Source: Heterodontus francisci
Lineage: Eukaryota
Assembly (NCBI RefSeq): GCF_036365525.1
Contig: NC_090396.1
Location: forward strand, 66,689,488 to 66,753,188
Direction: 5' to 3'
Length of the DNA stretch: 63,701 bases
Shown in pieces: positions 13,701 to 25,700 of the stretch. A model generated the notes under the pieces. It saw only the letters and a list, made by a program, of their open reading frames with translations, searched no databases and had not been told where the DNA came from. Position 1 is the stretch's first letter. Every line of letters starts with the position of its first letter. The translations under genes were made by a program, and so were the position numbers.

Positions 13701-16700
13701 AGAGGCTTTTTCCCCAGAGTGGGGGTTTCAATTACTAGAGGACACGAGTTCAAAGTGAAAGGGGAAAAGTTTAGGGGGGATATGCGTGGAAAGTTCTTTA
13801 CGCAGAGGGTGGTGGGCACCTGGAACGCATTGCCAGCGGAGGTGGACAGATACATGAATGGGCAGGAAGAAAAAAGAGATACAGAACCTTAGAAAATAGG
13901 CGACATGTTTAGAGAGAGGATCTGGATCGGCGCAGGCTTGGAGGGCCGAAGGGCCTGTTCCTGTGCTGTAATTATCTTTGTTCTTTGTTCTTTATAACTT
14001 CCCTATTTTTGTATTCAATTCCCCTCACAATAAACTATAACATTCTATTAGCTTTTCTATTTGTTAGGCATTGTTTGCCCGGTCACCAAAATCTTGTCTT
14101 TTTGCCCCTCTTCTTCTGAAATCACTCATTCTTGCTAGAGTTAAAGAACTTCCATTCATACAGTGCCTTAGGTGTCTCAGAGGTATCCCAAAACATTTCA
14201 CTTAGAATAAATTACCTGATGTAGTTACGGTTATGTGGGTAAGCGTGGCAGGCAATTTGTGCACTGCAAGGCCCCATAAACAGTAATTAAATGAATGACT
14301 GGTTAATTTGTTTTTAATGGTGTTGATTGAAGGAGGAATGTTGGTGAGAACACCAGAAGAACTCACTGCTTTTCCAATAATGCCACAGGATCTTTAAAAA
14401 TCCATCTGGACCACTGGAACATGCAGACATATCCGCAGTTTAAGTCTCATTTGAAGAATCGTATTTCTGACTATACAATATTCCATCAGTTACTACAGTG
14501 AAGAATCACGGAGTGAGGTTTGAACTCATGACATTAACTCAAAAGTTAGTGTGCTACCAACTGACCCAAGGTGTACAAAGCTCTATAGGCCCTCACCCAG
14601 GAGGACATTCACAGCCATTGTTAGTATCAGTTTCACAGCTGAACCAAAATTCTGTTCTTACTTGTGATTCACACACATGCAGTTTCCAGTTGGAGTTGCT
14701 TAGAAAGAGAAGAGCAAACCCTAGCTGATTTTTGCCTCTTTAGCCCATAGTAACTGCTACTCTTGGCAAGATCAGATAATTCAGCAATTGTGAGTAGTTA
14801 CTGATGGAAAAATACCAAACTTGAAAACTATAGACAATTATTTTAAAAATCAGAAGTTATCCTGTATAGAATTTAGCATTCTTTAATCCCACTTTCTACA
14901 TTGCAAGTGAACAAAGTTTGCACGCATACTTTTAAGTTTGATTTGTTTCCATGGTGCTCAAGCACAAGGTCCTTGTATCCCAGATTTAGCAGCGTCTCAA
15001 TTGGCTCTTTTCCCCATGGAAAATTGAAATACAGTGCGGTTCCTTTAGTTCCGTCGTCATCCTGGAAATCACCAGTTGTAAAACTGGACGGACTTTTGGC
15101 AAACTACAAGACAACCAAATAACACTTATAAAATAAAACACAAGAAGATATTAGACAATTAATCCAGCTCTTCTCTTTCCCACCACTTCTCAATACAAAA
15201 AAAACAAGTAACAGTGGGACAGAAATTGGTTAGTGTCTGAATCTCAGCAGAAAATGGATACAGCCCATTTTACTCGCCTGAAGATGTAAACCAGAGAATA
15301 ACTCTAAATTGGTCCTCTGACCTCATTATCACAAAACTGCCACATTGCAGATAGCAATTACGTGTCCCAGTACAGCTTGCCAGTTGGGCCCAGAGCAATA
15401 TTGGCCAGCCCAAACACAAGCAGCAGAGATCAGGTATGCCCTGCTAGGGTTGAGCATGTGCCGACAGCAGTATCCCAAGCGAGAAAAAGTTTACTTACCT
15501 TCTCTTCAGCAACCTCCAGTGGATCTTTAAAGACCATTGGCGAGGCCTGAAAAACTGGTCAGAGTTTGCATATTGCAAGCTCCCTACAGTTTTTGACCAA
15601 TTTCAGAGCAGGATATTTAAATGGGCATTAGGCCCGCATTGACAGATGTGAGGAACCCAATGCCTGTTTCAGGCAGCTGTCTGGGATGCATAAATATGAC
15701 CCAAGCCAGTACGGTGACAGACGTAGTTCAAGCGCAGGTTGCTACGCTGCTAAATTGGTTATTTACACCTGGAAAATCGCTCCAATTTCTTCCGCTTTTA
15801 TTGTCCACAAAACTTAGCTGAAAAATGTTGTTAGGAAATCATTTTAATTAACGTCCTTGCTCCACTGCACAAGCAGCACAGATGCAATTTGAACAGAATA
15901 GAGCGATGTTATGGGCATTTTTAAATGTTTTTGAAAAGAATTGAGCAATTGATTGGTTTCTTTTCTCCTTGCTAAGAAATCAGCATACAATATCCAAAAA
16001 TTTATTTTTGTCAGATATAACTGGCTCTTTTTAATAAATGGAAATTTTGAAATAGAATAAATGTGTTTGCCATTAGTTGCTTTTTATTGAATATGAAATT
16101 TTAGCCATCTTCAGATGTGATTGGCACAAAACATTTATTCAGCTAGTTATCTGAATCACAATTAATGTACTATCAATCCCAGGTATTCAATTTCTCTATT
16201 TATGGACATAATAAAAGGACAGAAAGATGCTTTCAAGCTCAGCTTACTCATTGGAACAATGCAATTTACATCACTTCCTTCCCAGGGCCATGCCCTGACA
16301 CATTCAACCCACAATGGACTTTTGATTACCAGACGTTGAGGGTGGAGGAGCTTGCATTCCAGGCTGACTGCTAAGATGGCCGAATACACAAAGAGACGTG
16401 GTCACACCCCTTAGTCACATGACTAACCTGCTGGGTAACCTGAGTTTTTTGAATTTGAACTTGCCACAGAGAATTTGAACTCAAAGCTCCTGACCCCTGG
16501 ATTGAGAACATCTCTCTCCTGTCTGCTTCCATCTCTTTCTCACGGAACTGAAAACCACTGAAGACATACGAACCCCAAGAGAGGAAAGTCTCCTACAGTG
16601 AACACAAGGTTTAAGAATAATACTGGGCCCCAATGAAAAGCAAGATCTACCTAAAAGCAAGGACTACAGCGAGCTCGAAGCACAGTAACAAAAACCCCTC

Positions 16701-19700
16701 TTCAGTGATTCCTCAAACCTCTCCATTATTTTTCTTCTGTTCTGTTCGGTCTCTATTTGCATGTGCGTATAGCGTATGCATGCTGTCGTGGGGCGTGGCA
16801 TGTATCCGTAAGCATTAACCAAATTAGAGTTTAAGTTTTAATAAATTTCACTTTTCTTCTTTAAACCTAAGAAAACCCATTTGTGCTCATTTCTTTGCCT
16901 TATAATTGGAAAGCGGTGAACAAGGATTCACCAAAGGGGAAGCTCAAAACACTGTTTAAAAACTAAATCCTGTTACAGTAAAACCAGGTGAAGGATGAAA
17001 GAGACCCCTAGGCACCTTTCTCACAATCTCATATGTTTCAATAAGATCAACTCTCGTTCTTCTAAACTCCAAGGAGTATAGGTCCAACCAGCTCAACCGT
17101 TCCTCATAAGATTTCCCCTTCATCCCAGGAATCAACCTAGAGAACCTTCTCTGAACTGCCTCCAATGCAAGTATAGCCCTCTTTAAGTAAGGAGGCCAAA
17201 ACTGTGCACCGTACTCTAGGTGTGGTCTCACCAATGCCCTGTACAGTTGTAGCAAGACTTCCCTACTTTTAAACTCCATCCCCCTTGCAATTAAGGCCAA
17301 CATTCCATTTGCCTTCCTAATCAGTTGCTGTACTTGCATGCTAACTTTGTGATCAGTGTACAAGGACTCCCAGTTCCCACTGTACCGCAGTATTCTGTAG
17401 TCTCTCCATTTAAATATTTTACTTTTCTATTCTTCCAACCAAAGTAGATAACATTGTCCCACATTATACTCCATCTGCCAAATTTTGTCCACTCAGTTAA
17501 CCTATTTACATCCCTTTGCAGACTGCATCCTCCTCACATAATATAAAAGCAAAATACTGCGGATGCTGGAAATCTGAAATAAAAACAAAGTGCTGGAAAT
17601 ACTCAGTAGGTCTGGCAGCATCTGTGTTAAGAGAAACAGAGTTAACATTTCAGGTCTGTGACCTTTCATCAGAACTGTGTCCTCCTCACAACTTGTGTTC
17701 CCTTATCTTTGCCTTGTCAGCAAATTTGGTTACAATACACTATCCCTTCACCCAAGTCATATCAGATTGTTAATAGTCGTGGCCCCAGCACCGATCCCTG
17801 TGGCACCCCAATGGTTACAGTTTGCCAACCTGAAAATGATCGATTTATCCTGATACTGGTTCCTGTTAGTCAATCCTCTACCCATACTTATATACTACCC
17901 TCAACACAATGAGCTCTTACCTTATGTAGTAACTTTTTACACAGCACCTTATCGAATGTCTTTGGGAAATTCAAATACACTACACCTACTGGCTCCCCTT
18001 TACCCACCCTGCTTGTTGCATCCTCAAAGAACTCTAATAAATTTGTCAAACACGATTTCCCTTTCATAAAACCATGTGGACTCTGCTTGACTGTATGATG
18101 ATTTTCTAAGTTACCTACTACTTCCTTAATGATGGATTCCAGCACTTTCTCATTGACAGATGTTTGGCTAACTGGCCTATAGTTTCCTGCTTTTGTCTCC
18201 CTCCTCTCGAATAGGGGTGTTACGTTTGCAATTTTCCATTCGCTGGGACCTTTCAAGACTCTAGGGAATATAAGAACACAAGAAATAGGAGTAGGCCATT
18301 CAGCCCCTCAAGCCTGCCCCGCCATTCAAGATGATCATGGCTGATCTGTCCCAGGCCTCAACTCCTCTTTCGGGCCTGCTCCACATAACCCTCGACTTCC
18401 CGAGATTTCAAAAATCTATTTACCTCCTCTTTAAATACATTTAGTGACCTAACCTCCACAACTCTGAGGTAGAGAATTCCAGAGATTCACCACCCTCAGA
18501 GAATAAATTCCTTCGCATCTCAGTTTTAAAAGTGTGACCCCTTATTCTGTAACTACGTCTCCAATTCAAGATCCTCCCACCAGTGGAAACATTCTCAACA
18601 TCTACCCTGTCAAGCCCTAAAATCTTATATGTTTCAATAAGATCACCTCTCATTCTTCTAAACTCCAATGAATAAAGGTCTAACCTGTTTAGCCGTTCTT
18701 GATAAGATAACTCCTTCATCCCAGGAATCAGCCTAGTGAACCTTTTCTGAACTGCCTCCAATGCTAGTATATCCTTCCTTAAATACAGGGACCAAAGCTG
18801 TACGCAGTACTCCAGGTGTGGCCTCACCAACACCCTGTACAGTTGTAACAAGACTTCCCTATTTTTAAACTCTAACCCCCTAGAAATAAAGGCCAAAATT
18901 CCATTTGCCTTCCTAATTACTTGCTGCACCTGCATGTTAACTTTTAATGCTTCATGTACAAGAACACCCGGATCCCTCTGTACTGTAGTATTTTGTAGTC
19001 TTTCTCCATCTAAATAATAATCTGCCTTTTTATTCTTCCTATCAACGTGGATGACCTCACACTTTCCCACATTGAACTCCAACTGCCAAGTTTTTGCCCA
19101 CTCACTTAACCTATCTATATCCCTTTGCAGATTCTTTGTGTCCTCATCATAACATGCCTTCCCACCTATTTTATATTGTCAGCAAATCTGGATACACTAC
19201 ACTCTGACCCTTCCTCCAAGTCATTAATATAGATAGTAAATAGTTGAGTTTCTCGGACCGATCCTTGTGGTACTCCACCAGTTACGGCTTTCCAACCTGA
19301 AAAAGACCCATTAATCCCGACTCTCTGCCTTCTGTGTGTTAGCCAATCCTCAATCCATGCCAACACGTTACCCCAATACCCTGAGCTCTTACTTTGTGCA
19401 ATAACCTTTTACGTGGCACCTTATTGAACACCTCCTGAAAATCTAATACACTACATCTACCAGTTCCCCTTTATCCACTCTGCTTGTTATATCCTCAAAG
19501 AACTCTAACAAATGTGTCAAACATGATTTCCCTTTCATAAAACCATGTTGACTGTTTGATTTCATTATGTTTTTCTAAATGTCCTGCTATTTCTCCCTTC
19601 ATAATGAACTCTAGCATTTTCCCAATGACTGATGTTAAACTAAATGGTCTATAATTTCCTGCTTTCTGTCTCCCTCCTTTCTCATATAGGGGTGTCACAT

Positions 19701-22700
19701 TAGCGGTTTTCCAATCCGCTGGTACTCTACCGGAATCCAGTGAGTTTTGGTATATTATGACCAATGCCTCCACTATCTCTGCAGCTACTTCTTTTAAAAC
19801 CCTTGGATTCAGGCCATCAGGTCCTGGCGACTTGTCTGCCTTTAGTCCCATCAGTTTGTCAAGCGCCTTTTCCCTTGTGATAGAGACTGTTACAAGTTCC
19901 TCCCTCCCATTTACAGCTTGCTCATCTATTATTGTTGGGATGTTTATGGTGTCCTTCACTGTGAAGACCTATGCAAAATATTGGTTTAAATTATCTGCCA
20001 TTTCCCTGTTATTAATTCCCCAGTCTCATCCTCTAAGGGTCCCACACTTACTTTAGCTACTCTCTTCCTTTTTGTATACCCGTAGAAGCTCTGTTTGTTT
20101 TTATATTTCTTGCCAATTTACTCTCAATCAATTTTCTCCCTCTTCATTAGTTTTTTAGTCACCCACTGCTGGTTTCTAAAAGATTCCCAATCCTCTGGCC
20201 TATCACTAGCTTTCGCTGCTTTGTACGCCTTTGTTTTTGATTTGATACTCTCCTTAACTTCCTTTGTTATCCACGAGTGGTTCATCGTTCTCATCAAGTC
20301 CTTCCTTCTGAGCGGAATAAATGTTTGCTGAGTGTTATGAAATAGCTGCTTAAAAGTGAATTTTGGAAGATTATAACCAATATAGCCACTTTCTCTGCAT
20401 CCACTTCTTTTAAGACCCTAGAATGCAAGCCATCAGGTCCAGGAAATTTGTCAGCCTTTAGTCCCATTAGTTTTCTCAGTTCTATTTCTCCAGCGATAGT
20501 GATTTTTTGAAGTTCCACCCTTCCTTTTGCCCCCGAATTTCTATTATTGGGATGCTTGAGTATCTTCTCCGTGAAGACAGATATGAAATATTTGTTCAAA
20601 GTCTCTGCCAATTCTTTGTTTCCCCGTTAGTAATTCCCCAGTCTTGTCCTCTAAGGGGCCAACGTTTACTTTAGTCTTCTTTTTATATATTTGTAGAAGC
20701 TCTTTATCTTTCTTGCTGATTTACTCTCATTCTAATTTCTCCCTATACTTTTTTTTTTTAAAAAAAGTCATCCTTTGCCAGTTTCTAAAATTTTCCCAAT
20801 CTTCGTGGAATTGTACGCCTTTTCTTCCAGACTGATACCTGTATGGAGTTTAAAATATTAATTTACATATCTAGCCCATCATTCTGAAGCTGTGCAGTTC
20901 CTCAAAATATTGTATGAAACAGTTTTGCACCAGTTAAAATTAGTGTGATTTAGTGAATAGCAATCTGAAATGAATTGCGTTCAAGTAAATGAGTAGTTCT
21001 TACCTGCCTCCACCACAGTAAACGCTGGCGTACCCAGTAGTCTAGCCATTGTCCTGAAGTTCGAGGAGAGCTAAACCATACTAGCGATGCCATATCCACC
21101 TCTCCTGTTCTTTAAAGTAATGGGAGATTAGAACTATCATACAGCAACTAGAGTAATTAATTTGTACTTTACATTACATTACAGCCCTTTCATTCAACTA
21201 GCTTTTTCTTCACACCTTGTCTTTCTCCCTTTCCCCTTCCCAAATTTTGCATGTAAAAAAAAAAGAGGCAGCCGGATATTTTTCTTTAAAAGACTGAATT
21301 CTGATGGCAGGGTAGTCAATTGAATTGGGTTATTAACCTTCACAGAGGATACTAAAACAGAAGCCACAGTGCACAATTCTGAGGACTGAAGGAAGTTGCA
21401 AGAGGATATTGATATGACAGTGACAGAATTCAATGTTTGTAACTGCAAGGTGGTACACATTTTGGTTAAAAAAGCACAATTATTGAATTGGGAAAGCTGG
21501 GTGTAGTAGAGGAGAGCAATTTGGTGTTCATAATATATTAAAGGCAAAAACTCAAGTGGGTATAAATAAACTAAAGTACTAGGTTTAGGGCAAGAAGTAC
21601 AGAATATAAAAGTTGGGATATAATGGTGAACCCATAGTAAACCTCAAAACCAAAGCTGTGTGTGCAGATTTGAGATCTAAACTATCGTAAGCACGTTGCA
21701 GCAATACAGGGTCGAATACAGATTCACCATAGTGAGACTTTGTTAAAAACTAAGATTTTGGTTTATGTTTGAGATTAAATAATGACATTTTGCAATTGAA
21801 CATGAATTTAATGTATGTCAAATAGAGTCTCTCACCTTACCGCAGTGCATGCAGTTGGGTGTTTATCAGCAAGAATGGGCTGATAACACACCCCGATCTC
21901 AGCCAAACCAAAAGGTAACTTCCTGTTCACAAGGCTCAAAGACCTAGTATATTCTTGAACAGCTCCTGTAGAAGATCATAAGAAACAGATGTGCATTTCA
22001 GACTTCAAAATTTTTTTAAATCTATGATAAGATTCTAGAGATAAAACCTCTTACTAATCATGGCTAGCTTTAACTTTGAATACCTGTCTTCAAGACAAGA
22101 AAGAAATTACATTACATTTTGTGCACAGATATCCCAATACACACCCATCAGTCTTCAATATCAACTGCTAACCACCCCCACAGGACAAACATGCATCCTA
22201 AAATCACCTTTCCCATTTATATGCCTTGTATCCAAGTTTTCACCCATTCGTCACTACCACATGGAGTAGTTGAAGTGAATAGCATTTAGATATATTCAAG
22301 GGTAAACTAGATAAGCACATGGGGAAGAAAAGAACAGAAGGATATGCCAATAGGATTAGATGAAGATGGGTGGTTAGAAACCTGTGTGGAGCATAAGCAA
22401 CGGCATGGGCCTTGGGGTGAATGGCCGCTTTCTGTGCTGTAAATACTATGCAATATATCCTATGTAATTTTATGTAGTTCACCCATGGGCACTTCTAGTA
22501 CAGCCAATGGAAAGCAACTGGTAGAGGGAGCCCTGCTCAAGTTTACCAGTCCTAAGCCAGAATACTATGACCAATTGTGGTACATCTATCATTACCTTGA
22601 CTGAGATAAACCAACTCAGCACACACTAGTGACTTAGTTTGGGACTTTCTTGGTCTGTAAAGCTCAGAAGGCAACTTTACCTCAGCGAGAGGCAAATTAA

Positions 22701-25700
22701 TTATGTTGCCCTCAGAAGTTCTCTCTCTTCCCCTCATACAAACAGTGTTGAAATCAAGACTCATCACATCTCTTACAGTCATTCTTTCCCTTCTCATAAA
22801 TGTCAGTCTTTCCCCCCCCTCCTACAACTTTCAGACTTTTAAAACCCGATCACCAACACATAATCTTGATTTCCTGATTTACCCAATTTTTCTATTCTAC
22901 TCTTTTCAACTTGAGTTTAAACTGTGAAAGTACATTCCTATATTTGTGTTAGAAATTGAGCTGGAAATCGAGCTATTTGTTTAAACCACAACTGAAGATC
23001 AAGATAAATAGCTCAGTACTGCCATCAGCTGGTGCTGTACTGGTATCTTTATGGTTTTATTATTTTCCACCCTTTACTGCAATTTCCTTGCCATTGTAAA
23101 CAATATCTGGAGCTTGCCATTGATGAAAGTGCATGGAAATTCTCACATCCTATTACTTTATAGTTCAGTGCACATAGTTGGGATGAAATTTAATAATTGG
23201 AAACCCTTTTATGGCACAGAACATTAACGCCAGCTTTTCACCTCTGGAACATAGATTCAAATTCAGCCTGTACGCATTAGTCAAAATCTTATTTCTTGCT
23301 GGACATTTTGGAGAGTTGAAGGTTAATAATCAAATTAAACTATAGTAGCCACAACTAGCCAGTGGACGAGCAGGTTGGATATGAAACAAGAGAGTACGAA
23401 TCAAGGGATACTATTCCACTCTCAGATGATTGCTTATCAACTGGAATGCAAGGGAGTGCAGGCTACAAACGAACATTGACCATGAATGATTAGTGTAGAA
23501 TAATGTTGCTCTGAAATATCTAGAGTTAGCAGTCTGACGGTATGCCTACATGTGTTATAATCTTTATACACTGGTGGCCTGCCACGAAGTGTCAATTTGC
23601 AAGGCTATATCAGGCAGTTGGAGACTGAGAAAGAAACCAAAATGGTACCTTTTGTATTATATAGACTGATCATCTTTACTACAAGTCTGTTCCATATACC
23701 CAACTGCCTCATGCTTACTCAGAGCACTTTGAAGAACCAGAAGGAAGAAGGTTGACTAATTTTTTTTCTGCTGCACAGGTTTGGGCATTCAATATGCTGA
23801 AACAGATTTCTGCAGTCAAACTTTCAGACATCTTCATAATGAAAATCATTTTAAAAACCACAACAAGTGGACTTCTTGATCTTTAACCTGGGGAGAGTTA
23901 TTTACAAATTAAATTTTATAAGGGATAGCTAGTTGCCTTGCATGCACAAACACATTTGTCAAATCAGGCTACTGAATCTTATTTTTTTGGGAATTGACAT
24001 CCATTGTTATTGGAATGGAGTGAAAAGAATCCAAACTCAGTGACAGATGTGCCCATCTAGGTCTCATGGATGAAAAGCATTAGCCAGAGTAGGCGAGATA
24101 TGCATCCCTTAGCTATTATAGTCAAATCTGCCACAGGGAGCTGACGTAATGACAATCTTTCTTCCCATGTCACTTTCTTCCCATCATTACCTCAAATTAC
24201 TACAACAAGACATAAAACCAGATAGATAACCTTCCTTGGGTACATTTCCAGGTACATCTCATCTTCACTCCAACTCCGATAACATTAGTTGATAAGCAAA
24301 AAGCACAAGCTTGAGTTCTCACTAAGCAAACAGCAGATACAAGAAGTTTGTAGTGAAAATGGCCTAAAAAGTCATGTCCTGTTTTAAACCCCACAGTTGA
24401 ATTCTGGGAACTAAAAGACTACTAAACCTACAATTCTGAGAAAATGAAACAACACTCTCAGCAATGAGACAAACAAAAAATGTCTTATATAAAAGCAAAA
24501 TACTGCAGATGCTGGAAATCTGAAATAAAAACAAGAAATGCTGGAAATACTCAGCAGGTCTGGCAGCATCTGTGGAGAGAGAAGCAGAATTAACGTTTCA
24601 GGTCAGTTCTGAAGAAGGGTCACTGTCAAATATTCGAAATATGAAAGGTTATAAGCAAGTAAAGCGGGGGTGGGGCAAAAAATGTCTTATAGTCAGTAGC
24701 TAATTGATAATGGCAAGTGAAAAACACAGGTCTGTCAAGGTCATTGGATAATTGGGCCATGGTGTCTGACCAGGGAATTATTAGAAGTGTCCCCAAGGAA
24801 GGCTATTTTTAATAAAAACAGAAAGTGCTGGAAATACTCAGCAGGTCTGGCAACATCTGTGGAGAGAGAAGCAGAGTTAACGTTTCAGGTTGGTGACTTT
24901 TCATCAGTACTGGGCTATTTTTATCTTGCTTACTATCTTCTTGTAGCAATTTGATACTGAGAAAAGAAAGGGCATTGAGCAGCTTAGCAGCAACCAGGCC
25001 TTTCATGAAATAATTAAAACATAATAAGCCAGATACATAAGCCCCAAGTGAGTAACACCGGCTCCACCAGAGCCACTTGGCTCCAGCCCTCATTAGAGCC
25101 AAACATGGACAAAGAGCTGAATTCCAGAGGGAAAGTGACTGTAACTGCCCTTGACATCGAGGCAGCATTTAACAGAGTGTAGCATCAGGCAGCCCTAGCA
25201 AAATTGAAGTCAATGGGAATCCTTGGGGTGGCGAACTCTCCACTGGTTGCAGCCAAACCTAGCACAAAGGAAGAGGTTTGTGTTTGTTGGAAGCTAATCA
25301 TCTCAGACCCAGGACTTCCTCAGGGTAGTGTCCTCAGCCCAACCATCTTCAGCTGCTTCATCAATGACCTTCCTTCCATCATAACATCAGAAGGAATATT
25401 TGCTGATGATTGCAATGTTTAGTACTATTTGCAACTCCTCAGATACTGAAGCAGTCTCTACCCGCATGCAGCAAGACCTAGACAACATTCAGGCTTAGGC
25501 TGATAAGTGGCAAGTAACATTCATGCCACACAAGCACCAGGCAATGACGATCTCCAACAAAAGAGAATTTAACCTTCTCCCTTTGACATTCAACAGCATT
25601 ACCAATGCTGAATCCCCCACCATGAACATCCTATAACCAGTAGAGAGACATGGTTAGAAGGTGACCAAGGTTGGGGACTGAATATTCAGGGGTACTTGAC

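Larger units (their letters stand above)
17026..20840 (-). mobile_element. Cluster of decayed CR1 LINE ORF2 fragments (at least 3 copies)
   Basis: ORFs 16956-17363, 17888-18256, 18441-19082, 19166-19366, 19495-19959 and 20294-20611 carry KSPGPDG, GNYRP, KSCLTNL, GVPQGS and RPHLEYC motifs. Confidence 0.9.

Noticed and set aside
9419-13738. Long RT ORFs as host protein-coding genes
   Set aside because: 5'-truncated CR1 copies with typical tails; no promoter or splice context.
24200-24394. 64-aa minus-strand ORF in POLG2 intron as an extra exon
   Set aside because: POLG2 exons 1 and 2 join seamlessly without it; no recognisable homology.
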